Source: Octopus sinensis
Taxonomy: Eukaryota
Assembly: GCF_006345805.1 (NCBI RefSeq)
Contig: NC_042997.1
Span: 146,630,001 to 146,694,000 of the forward strand
DNA length: 64,000 nt
Direction: 5' to 3'
Shown: in pieces, positions 53,090 to 64,000 of the stretch
Numbering within the stretch: the first letter of the stretch is position 1
Layout of the letters: every line of letters starts with the position of its first letter
Translations under genes and position numbers: made by a program
The notes under the pieces: generated by a model
Told to the model about the DNA's origin: nothing
Databases searched by the model: none
What the model saw: only the letters and a program-made list of their open reading frames with translations

Positions 53090-53760
53090 AACAGCTGTTA
53101 CTCTATCAACATGACTGTAGTTGTCACTTTGTCAATAACACGAGTAAGTCTCTCTGTCCACAAGGATAGTAGATATCTCATATCACCATGGAGATTAGTT
53201 GCCTCTCTATGAACATCGACAGTAACTGTCATCTAGCAATTTGACAGTAGCTGTCACCCAAACAACATGGATGGTAACTCTTTCTCTACCAATTTGACAG
53301 TAGTTGTCACACGATCAAACTCGAAGGTATTTGTTACTTTCTGACAACATGAACGTTAGCTGCCTCTTTCTCATTCATCATGGACAATAGCTATCACTCT
53401 GTCAATATGGACAATATCTTACACTCTATGTACATGAAAATGGCTGTCATTCTATCACCATCAAACTGTCATTCTACCAACATAGACAATAGCTTGCACT
53501 CTGCCAACATCGGCAGTAAGTGTCTCTTTTTTCACTAAGAATAGTAGTTGTTTCTCTATCAACACCATAGAGCATCTCCCTAACATAAACAGCCATCTGT
53601 CGCTCCATCGTCAATAACGGTAGCTTTTGCTCTATCAAAAGGAGCAGTAGCTTATTTCGACAGACATGTCGAATAGCTGTCCCAAAGTCAACGTGGTCAG
53701 TGCAGTGGATGTCATAAAAAATACAGACAGCTTCATTGAAATCTATCGACACTAGCAACA
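53090..53760. repeat. Degenerate 26-27-bp minisatellite
   Basis: Recurring units like catggacaatagctatcactctgtcaa. Confidence 0.75.
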
Positions 53761-53821
53761 CTATTCTTGTTAAAGAATTTATACATATATAATAATATAT
53801 TATGTATATATTATATATATA

Positions 53822-53915
<94 letters not shown>

Positions 53916-53918
<3 letters not shown>

Positions 53919-55130
53919 GGGTTGGACAAAATAATGGAAACACCTTATAATTTCAAACAAATTATTTTAAGATGGGGTAGGACCGCCTTTGGTTGTAATT
54001 ACAGCTTGAATTCTACGAGGTATGGACTCGTACAAAGTTTGAATTGTTTCCAAAGGAATTTTTGTCCATTCGTCAACTAAAACAGTTCTTGTAGTGATGA
54101 TGGTGGAGGATATCGACACCTTACTTGTTTTTCTAAAATACACCGTGAATGTTCAATAATATTGAGATCTGGGGACCGTGCTGGCCAGATAAGATCTTCA
54201 ACTTCACTAGAATGTCCCTCGTGCCATTCAGTAACGACTTTAGCTGTGTGAATTGGTACGTTATCATTCTGAAAGATTGCGTTTCCCTCCGGAAACAGTT
54301 CGGCAACCATAGGATGAATTTGATCAGATAAAATGCTTAAATAGTCTTGACTATTAATTCTGCCATGAGAGGAAACCATTAGGCCGACGAATTTCCAAGA
54401 TATAACCACCCCCCAGATCATCACAGATCCTCCTCTATGTTTAACAGTTGGAAGAAGGCTGTCTGGGTCAAATGCTTCTTTTGGCTATCTCCAAACGTAT
54501 ACTCGGCCAGTGGTCGGAAATAAAGTAAAGAATGACTCGTCAGAGAAAATAACATTTTCGCACTGCTCTAAGAACCAATTCTGTAGGTTTTTACTCCACT
54601 CTAAACGCTTTACAACGTTTGTTTTTGAAAGTAGTGTTTTTCTGATTGCAGCCTTCTCGTAAATTCCGGTTTTGTGTAGCTCTCGGCGAACAATTTTTGT
54701 CGAAAATGGGTTCTGTACTTCTGTGATCTTTTCTAACAATTCACGGTCCCTATCTGAAAGTTTTGGTTTTCTTCTGAAATTTTGTTTCAACGAGGTGGTT
54801 TTTTCCCTCTTTCTCAAAGACTGTCATCCCTTTCGAGGCAGTACTTTTTGATACACCAAACATTTCGGCTGTTTTCGTTACGCTAGCGCCTGCCATACGA
54901 GCGCCAACAATTTGACCTCTTTGAAAGTTCGATAAATCTGTCGTTTTAATGAATTTTAATTACCTTCTTCTAATGATATCTGAAAAGAAACAGCAATTTT
55001 AGCAAAATATATTAAGGATCACTAATAATAAATAAAAAAAAAACATAAAAATAAACAAGCTTTTGACGGTTTCATAGACATTTCAAAACTATGATGCTAT
55101 GATGCTAGGTGTTTCCCTATTTTGTCCAAC

Positions 55131-55135
<5 letters not shown>
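53916..55135 (-). mobile_element. Full-length, decayed Tc1-family transposon (D..D36E)
   Basis: TIRs caggggttggacaaaata...gaaacacct, TA flanks; VIFSDES, FQNDNVPIH, WPARSPDLNIIE; frameshifted. Confidence 0.92.
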
Positions 55136-55174
<39 letters not shown>

Positions 55175-55191
55175 TATATATATGTATATAT

Positions 55192-55222
<31 letters not shown>

Positions 55223-55523
55223 CTATATTATATGAGTAAATGTAAAGATAAGCAAGTTAGGGAAGCCTAACTTTCTTACCCTTATATTTATTCGTCTACC
55301 TGCTCAAGTTCAAATCTCGAGCACTACGAAGTGTATTCTAAACAGAGAATATCTGTCTCTAATCTATCTCTCTATATGTGTGTGTGTGTGTGCGTGTGTG
55401 TGCGCGTGTGTGTATATGTGTGTGTGTATATATATATGGGTGTGTGTGAGTGTGTACATATATATATGTGTATCACACACACACACACACACACATACAC
55501 ACACACACATATATATATATATA

Positions 55524-55752
55524 TTTCTTTACTGCCCAGAAGGGGCTAAACATAGAGGGGACAAACAAGGACAGACGAAGGGATTGAGTCGATTATATCG
55601 CCCCCAGTGCGAAACTGGTACTTTATTTATCGACCCCGAAAGGATGAAAGGCAAAGTTGACCTCGGCGGGATTTGAACTCAGAACGTAACGACTGACGAA
55701 ATACCGCTAAGCATTTCGCCCGGCGCGCTAACGTGTCTGCCAACTCGCCGCC
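55524..55752 (-). mobile_element. SINE family A monomer with B-type tail, inserted in (AT)n
   Basis: Highly similar to 29267-29498. Confidence 0.9.
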
Positions 55753-56278
55753 TTATATATATATATAATCGAATAATAGCATACGATGGATAATTGTCAG
55801 TTCATTACAACTGTTACGTGACTTTTTAATAGAAGTATGAGAACCTTACATCATTATAACAGACCGTAATCATCAGATGAGAAGTAATTTTACAAAACAA
55901 TAGAACTTTAATAATGATGTAATGCTCTCATTCTTCTACTAAAATGTTACACAAAAAACAGCTGTAATGAGCAGACAATTATCCATCGTATGTTATTCAT
56001 TTGATTACAATACACCGAGGGAATCTACGATTTGTCGGACATCCTAGAGTATACCAACAACGTACTATTCAAAGTAATGCATGGTTTGGACAAGCCCCTT
56101 AGGCGCTAAATACTCATAGGGTTGGGTTTTTTCTGTGTACACAACCGAAATATCCTATCTGATATTTCGACTCTTACCAACCACAGACCGGAACCACAGA
56201 TATTTCTCGACCATACTTGGTGCATACCTTTTCAAATACCTGATTCTATCTGAATCTTGATCTTACTTTATATATATA

Positions 56279-56572
56279 TACTAGCAGTATCGCCCGGCGT
56301 GGCTCGGGTTTGTAAGGGAAATAGCTATATAAGCATTTTTAGAGAGTTACTTCCCTTATATAATAGCAAAAAAATGCATTAAAAATGGGGAAAAATGATG
56401 GTAAATTTTTTTTTAAACCGTTGTAGATGCGCGCTAATACCCAGAAGGGCTCGATATGAATCACGACTATAAGATACCCGCTTTTGGTTAAACTGCACCT
56501 CAAACTGTGGGAGTAGTTAGGAATATAAATCGTAGGAGACAGGCACACAACTTCACTTTTATATATAAAGAT
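56279..56572 (+). mobile_element. Helitron2/HINE-like short element
   Basis: Starts tactagcagtatcgcccggcgtggctcggg (hairpin) and ends cttcacttttatatataaagat. Confidence 0.65.
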
Positions 56573-56617
56573 ATATATATATATATATATATATTTTACA
56601 TACATACATACATACAT

Positions 56618-56699
<82 letters not shown>

Positions 56700-57743
56700 C
56701 CTATATATTATTTAAACTGACACTCCGAAATCTTTATATCGAGGACTAAGTCCGTGCGTTAAAGAATAGGAGGGGGTCTATAAAAGGAATCTGGCTGAGC
56801 AGATATGGAGATAATGACGTAAATAAATAGATAAAACCGCTTAGGATAGGCATATAATACATACATGTACACATGTAAATAGAGAGAAACAAAGACTGGA
56901 AATATTCATACGACGAACATTCATATATAAATATATAGAACAGATTTACACAGAGAACAAAGACACAAAAACTGAGTAGAGATATATGGATTAGATACAA
57001 ATCTCTTCACCCTTAAGATGAAGGCTGGATTTACCGTGATGTTTAGATGCATCCATAGCCGGCAGCATATTCTTCACTTTTTGTGATCTACATCTGCCAA
57101 CACAATAATCATTATCAGAAACTCCAGGAATGCACTGAAATATACTACTTAGTAGCACTATGACCTATACTCGTAAATGTTACATTAAATATCTATTATA
57201 TATACTCCAAACGTTATGGTTAATATTTGACATGCTTAGCACGATCTTCGCTTGAGAAAGGAGTTCGTTTCATTGGTTTACAAAAAGGCAATACGTCGTT
57301 TCGTCGCGTATTACGAAAACCATAGTACCGTCAAGTTCATAAAAGATAACGAAAAGAGCCACATACACTTTTACTTTTTTATTTTCTCTCTCCTTTATTT
57401 ACAGTATTGTTTTCTTTACAATATTGTCTCCAAACAGGTGGCCGGTCGAAATAAACTCCATTCCATTGTCTTGCTTTATCCTTTTGGTTCTGTTACGTTA
57501 TTTGCTGTTGTCTTTTTTCCCTCGCTTTTCATTTATCACTTTGTTCAAAGCTTAAGTAGCCGTTCTCAACTTATTGTTGACCTTCAGTATAAAACTCTTC
57601 TATAAATAAATATTCTTCCGCTCTCTCCCTCCCATCTCTCTATTTACCTACCTACCTATCTATCTGTCTATCTACCTATCTACCTATCTATCTGTCAATT
57701 TATCTATCTATATGTGTATGCATTTATATATATATATATATAC

Positions 57744-57795
<52 letters not shown>

Positions 57796-57957
57796 ATATA
57801 TATATATAGTAAATGTTTTTATCTTCATTTCACTTAATTTATCAAGCTTCTGTGTTCCTAGCACATATTTCGCCTTAATGTACTGATATATGGAAAATAT
57901 ATGGCTTGTGTTAGTAATACCAGCGATTATAATTATTTTCATTTTATCGCAATTTGA

Positions 57958-58002
<45 letters not shown>

Positions 58003-58047
58003 AAACAAACATATATATGTATACACATTCAAACATATATATATATA

Positions 58048-60641
58048 TCTATATATATAAAGCAGAGTGTGCGTGAGTGTGTGTGTGTGTGTGTGTGCGT
58101 GTGGTGCGTATATTTCTAATGGGTTCGAAAACTGAGTTGCCGATTTTGATGTATGAGGTATCAAAAGTATGGTTTTTGCACAGCAATTCGTTTTATTCTA
58201 AAAATAACCTCGAAAACGAGTTCGGGTCGCTCAATTTTGATGTCATTTTCTGGCAATATTTGAATTTGCTTCTAATCTACGTTGCCAATTGTAATGTTTT
58301 TGATGTCAAAGAATGCAGCAATGTACAAGGAGCGTTATGAGTGCATTTGTGATGCAGAAAATCCTATTTGTCAACTGAAAGTAACAAAAAAACATGCTTT
58401 TTTGGCACATTTTCCGTACCACCAACTTCCGCTTTTTTTTTCCAAAATTTCTTCGGATTCTGGTGTTTTCTACATAGGAGAATAGAATCCCCCCCAAAAA
58501 AAAATATTTTAATTTCCCCTTCTCCACCCCAATTTCCTAATTTTTAACTTTCGAATTTTTTTTAAATCCATGTAGAAAAATACAGAGATTACAAATTTGG
58601 GAAATTTTTTGTCTTTTAAATTTTGATTTTTCTTAAAGGAATACTCAATGCCCTTCCCCCCCTCGCCCTACCATCACCCTTCCCCCCCCCCCCCGCTTTC
58701 GAAAAGTCAAAATCTCCGAATGTTTCACTTTCGTCTGATGTTTCACGCATGCGTAAAATTCTACTAAAAGAACATATATAAAAAATATCAGATCACCACC
58801 ACAAAACCTGACATGCTAGAAACAACAGCTAAACAACATTATTTCTGGAAAAACTTCCCTGCTTTCAAAGATGCTAAACGTGAAACAAAAGCTTTTTGAA
58901 TTTGGGGATGTGATGGGTGGAGGTGGCGGAATGAATTTGAGTGTTTCTTTTAAAAAAATTCTTAAAGGTCCGTAATCTCTGAATTTTTCTACGTGGTTTA
59001 AAGAAAAAGAAAAATTTCGAAAAAAGTTAGAAATTTTAAAAATTAGGATAAGGAGGGGAGAATTAAAATTTTGAAAACGTGTTTTTTGAGCAAAACCCTA
59101 ATCTCCTATATCGAAAACATAAGAACCCGAAGAAATTTTGGGAAAAAAAAAGTGGTGTGCAAATGTCACCTCTGACATGCTACAAACAACAGCTAAACGA
59201 CAAGGTTTCTGAAAAGACTTCCTTTTAAGTTTATATCGAAGATCAGGTTTTTAAATACGCTCATCACAGACATGAATTGCAAAATAGAAAAGATCGGCGG
59301 AGTTCTGATCGAAGCACGTACTAAAACCCCTCATAACTTTTTTATTTGTAAGAATTTTCACAAAAGTTTTTGATTTTGTCTTCTGCATAATAGAATTAAT
59401 ACGATTATCCAATAACAAATTTGTTTTCAAATATCCCCCCCCCCATCTATGATAATTCCGAAACTTTCCGCTGTTTTTCGATTTTTTTATTTATTTTTAA
59501 AATACGGTTTTAAAATATGGACAGTCCGACTCTGCCATTCGTTTCCCTTTATAATTTCCTAATAATTTTTAAATACTTCGAAATCAAAATTGTAGGTGTT
59601 TGTGTCAGAGAAAATCATTTACTAACAGGAAATTATGTTATTAAAATAAATTATCTCTAAGGGATAATTTATATTGTTGCAAGAAAAACATTTACTAACA
59701 GAGAATTATGTTATGAAAATAAATTATCTGTAACATACCTTTAAATTATTGCGGATAAAGTATTAAAACTCGAGAACTTTCCCACGAAGTGTATAATCAA
59801 ATTTCAATTTGGAGGTGATCTTCTCGCTAGGGGTCACTTTTATTTTCCAAAAAAAAAAAAAACAGGATTCTGTTTTGTTAGAAATAAAGAGAGAGTGCGT
59901 ATTGTGTCATTCTTCCCATTTTCCCGGCGAATGAAATCCTGCATACTTGGAATATATGACAACAAGGCAAAGAAGGGTCTCATCGAAAACGAGAAAGAAG
60001 GGTTACCTGCAACTTGTTTCTCATCGAAAACCAGAAAAACTGGAAGCGGTAATAATTTAAAGGTATTTTAGAATTTATTTTCCGTTAGTAAATGTTTTTC
60101 TCTTACACAAACACATAAGACTCGATAGTAGAAACCATAATACTTTTGAACATGGCCTTTTCATTCGGGAAGCTAATGTATATGTGTGTTCCTCATAGTT
60201 ATCAACAAATATCATGAGGCGGGTAAGAACTATTTCAGCTTCTATATTACCCAATTTGTAGCCATGACACTTAGTTGCCAATATTGCTGTGTGAGATATC
60301 AAAAGATTGGGCAATCTTTCGGCTGCTATCGTAGAGTAATTTTTTGGCACAGCAACATTATTTTACTACAAAATTTAACACCAAAATGAGGTTGGGTTGC
60401 ACAATTTTGAGGTCATTTTGGGGACAATGTTAGAATTTCCTTCTAATCTAAGCTGCCATTGTACATGTGTTAGTGTCAAAAATTTCAGTATCGTTCATCA
60501 GAAAGTGACCAAAATACGTTTATAAAGAAGAGTTGTTTGCTTCATACTCCTCATGTGCCGATTCAGCCCATAAGAAAGGAGCAAATAATACAATGTGGCC
60601 GTAGGTCGCAACACCCGGGCAAAACCGGGGTGCATGACTAG
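58048..60641 (+). mobile_element. Non-autonomous Helitron (~2.6 kb)
   Basis: A/TCtatatatataaag 5' end; 3' GC hairpin cccgg-gcaaaa-ccggg then CTAG/T at 60638-60642. Confidence 0.65.
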
Positions 60642-60939
60642 TATGTATGTATATGTATACATATACATACATTCATACATACATATATGTATATATATGA
60701 AATAACAATCCGCTAATTTCATTATTTCTATATTTGTCGATGTACGTGCGCGTATACGCGTTTCGCGTGTCTGTAAGGATTTGTGCGTGGTTATCTCCCT
60801 GTATGATACTTCTCAGATTTCTTTCCCTTTTTTTTGACCATTGAGAGAAAACAAGCTTGCGTTTTGACGGCGATGTCTATTTATAGCTAAGCTAAATGTG
60901 TGTTTATTAGACATATTTCATCTTACATCCTTCTATATG

Positions 60940-61190
60940 CAGAATACTTACAAGTGACTAACGGTGTGACTAGGTGTGTTGAAATGTCGTGGCATGGGTG
61001 AGCGTGAAGTGCATCGGGTTTCCTTAGTGGTAACCTCTTACTCCAATGTATATGCGGCGCAGAGTTTGCATGTGGTATAGTATGCAGCGTTAGATGAGCT
61101 TTGAGTTTAGTGGTTTGAGGATTCTTTTCTGTAAACTGTTATTGAGATTTTAGGCTGTTAATTGTTATGGTGTTACTAATGTGGTGTAGG
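60940..61190 (-). mobile_element. Penelope-like GIY-YIG endonuclease remnant
   Basis: Frameshifted YTTCKLCAAY.IG and PMPRHFNTPSHTVSHL*V. Confidence 0.6.
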
Positions 61191-61229
61191 TGTGGTATAT
61201 GAGGAAAGTACTCTTAGAAGTAGATTTCC

Positions 61230-61260
<31 letters not shown>

Positions 61261-61294
61261 ATGTGTATGTGTGTGTGTGTGTGTGTGTGAGTGT

Positions 61295-61361
<67 letters not shown>

Positions 61362-61382
61362 TGTGTGTGTGTGTGTGAGTGT

Positions 61383-61433
<51 letters not shown>

Positions 61434-61610
61434 TGTGTGTGTAAATTATATGTAAGTTAGGTGTGAAAAATCACATCTCGTAATTTACAAAATATATATT
61501 AAAACAAAATTATTAAAATTATAAATAACTTTGTAATTTTTGGTCTACCCTTTATATATAAATACAGACATACATACATACATACAGACAGACAGACAGA
61601 CAGACAGAAT

Positions 61611-61685
<75 letters not shown>

Positions 61686-61735
61686 GGATGGATGGATGGA
61701 TGGATGGATTGATAGAGAGATAGATAGATAGATAG

Positions 61736-61787
<52 letters not shown>

Positions 61788-61995
61788 CGGACGGACGGAC
61801 GGTTGGATGGATGGATGGATGGATGGATGGATGGATGGATGGATAGATAGATAGATAGATAGATATACATATATACATGTATATGTGTGTGTGCGTGTGT
61901 GTGAGTGTGTGTGTATGTATGTATGTATGTATGTATATATAACAATCCGATAAATGTATGTGATATAATATGTGTGTTGTATGTGTGCGTATATG

Positions 61996-62039
<44 letters not shown>

Positions 62040-62056
62040 ATATATGTATATGTATA

Positions 62057-62118
<62 letters not shown>

Positions 62119-62130
62119 GAGAGAGGGGGA
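61230..62130. repeat. Compound microsatellites (GT)n, (GATA)n, (GATG)n, (AT)n
   Basis: Directly visible. Confidence 0.95.
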
Positions 62131-62907
62131 AAGAGTTAGAAGTATCATAGTAAAAGTTTGTGAATATTTTCATCGCTTTTGAAGGAGAAGGGTGATCGTA
62201 TAAGAATAATCATAACGATTAAATGTTCACAGAGTAAAGGTATAATATCGCTTGGAAAGGAGCGTACGCTTTAATGGGATAGTGGCTACGTATGATTAGA
62301 AAGTGAGATCTAATTTATGTTTTAATAGTTGTGCGTGTAAAGAATAAGAGGATAATGATACAATTGGTGTTGTTGGCTCCACATATTATGAGGTCCATAA
62401 CAGGTTGAAGGTAATCCCGAGTATAGGAGCAGTACTGTATTTCTTCAAATATGGAGCTGAAGTCCGAATCCATGTTAAATCTCTGGCGAAGTCCGAGGAA
62501 TTAATAGGACTGGATAGCGGATTTAATATGTATTATAATTTTCTACGAATCAATTAACCTTCAATATCCGCGTCCTTTTATTAAATGCACTTAATTTTAC
62601 TAAATCACTGAGCAATTATCAAGAAGCCAGAAATTAAATCGCCACATGTGAAAACGTATTTTTCTAAAAAAAACCTTGAGATATATAAAAAAGTAATAAT
62701 CCAGATACACTTTTCAGCGTGAACTTGTTATTCAATGTGATCAATGTTGACAAGAATACTTAGAGTGACACCATCAAGCGTATATCTTTTGAATATATAA
62801 TAATTTACTTTTCTACTGATGCCAGGTAGATTTTATAGACATAAAAGTCATGTTATTGTGAAACCACAGCCGACAAAATATTGATGAACACGTTCGTGCA
62901 AACATAC

Positions 62908-62968
62908 CTTGTTTCAATTTTGGATTGCAAAGACTCCTTTCTCGCTGTCAACATCAGTAATTGACCAC
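62908..62968 (-). CDS. Candidate 61-nt exon (xGQLLMLTARKESLQSKIETx)
   Basis: Acceptor aattttcag and donor AAG/gtatgt; only the phase 1-to-2 frame is open. Confidence 0.4.
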
Positions 62969-63121
62969 CTGAAAATTTATAGATTACGATACAACTTTTT
63001 TATATAATGCAGAATATGAATTTCAGACAAATGATATAAGTGCTAAAAATATCTTATATATCCTCAGACAAGGCCGCGGCTATCACAGGAAGATCTACGG
63101 AATCAGCAATCAGTCTCCGTA

Positions 63122-63419
63122 TGAGGGTGGGCTGGAAAGTTCATAGCCTGATTATGAAGGAATGATGCTACAGCTGTGAAATCTCGCATGCATTAATTTC
63201 AAAACTTTTTATTAATAACTGCATTGTTTCTTTCCAGGTAAAATGACAGCTAACTGTTCAGAGAAGACTTCAGTAGTAGCTAGCAGAGACTTCTCTTGAA
63301 AATGGGCAAAATATGGTATCATGGTGTTATGAAGTACGTGCACGGAAAAGGTTTAGTCCCCATGGACACATTCCAAGAGAGTATCTCGGTCATTCTATGA
63401 ACTTTACAGCCGATCCTCG
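63122..63419 (+). mobile_element. Mariner-derived MITE
   Basis: TA-flanked TIRs (gaggg..ggctggaaagttcatag); contains the transposase start MGKIWYHGVMKYVHGKG. Confidence 0.8.
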
Positions 63420-63464
63420 TAGTAATCAATTACAATCTAGTGTAATGTAATAAATTGTATCCGA

Positions 63465-63780
63465 ATGGTGAAGCCACGGGTTTTAGTGGTTAAGTTTTTT
63501 GGTTCGCGATCGTAAGCTCATGAGTTCAATCTCGGCAGAGCGTTGTATCCTTGAGCAAGACTTTATTCCACTCAGCTGGCAAAAATGAGTAGTACCTGTA
63601 TTTCGAAGGGCCAGTCTTGTCACATTCTGTGTCACGCTGAATCTCCCTGACAACTACGTTAAGGGTATGCGTGTCTGTTGAGTGCTTAACCACTTGCGCG
63701 TTAACCTCACGAGCAAGCAGTTCTGTTGGTTGGATCGACTTGTCATCGTCAGAGACAGCGTACCAGTGTTTGTGTCCATC
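63465..63780 (+). mobile_element. SINE family C
   Basis: Homologous to 7355-7645. Confidence 0.75.
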
Positions 63781-64000
63781 AAAAAGAAAATCCAGAAAAT
63801 CTCATTGAGGAATATATATAAATTCAGGAGATATGAGAGGCGAAGACAGATTTGTTTATTATGCAAGAAATTATACATACATGTTCGCATCAATATATAT
63901 ATATATACGTACTTAGCATTATACAATATAACTCAGGCTACTGAAATCATAAACTTTTATGTATTAAAGAATAATCTGCACACTTATGTATTGAGTTTTT

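Overview
Eukaryotic, AT-rich, extremely repeat-dense DNA. The SINE families and microsatellite load resemble what I recall for Octopus; this is inference, since no database search was possible. Almost all ORFs in the supplied track are microsatellite artefacts. Well-supported content: a nearly full-length R4/Dong-type non-LTR retrotransposon (RT plus restriction-like endonuclease) inside a (TAA)n tract; an RTE LINE with a 5' inversion; several Tc1/mariner remnants (DD37D, DD36E, mariner MITEs); hAT, Penelope and Helitron-like remnants; about 30 tRNA-derived SINE copies, including dimers and trimers with a single TSD pair; and two recent tandem duplications. Two less obvious signals stand out. 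(1) A dispersed ~200-bp repeat (4 copies) carries a minimal type-I hammerhead ribozyme core with a palindromic stem III, as in Penelope-like elements and retrozymes. (2) A chain of short, splice-signal-flanked, phase-compatible exons on the minus strand, running from about 63 kb to 3.3 kb, may encode a host protein with a TIR-like C-terminal part; one exon is tandemly duplicated. The gene model is hand-built and tentative.
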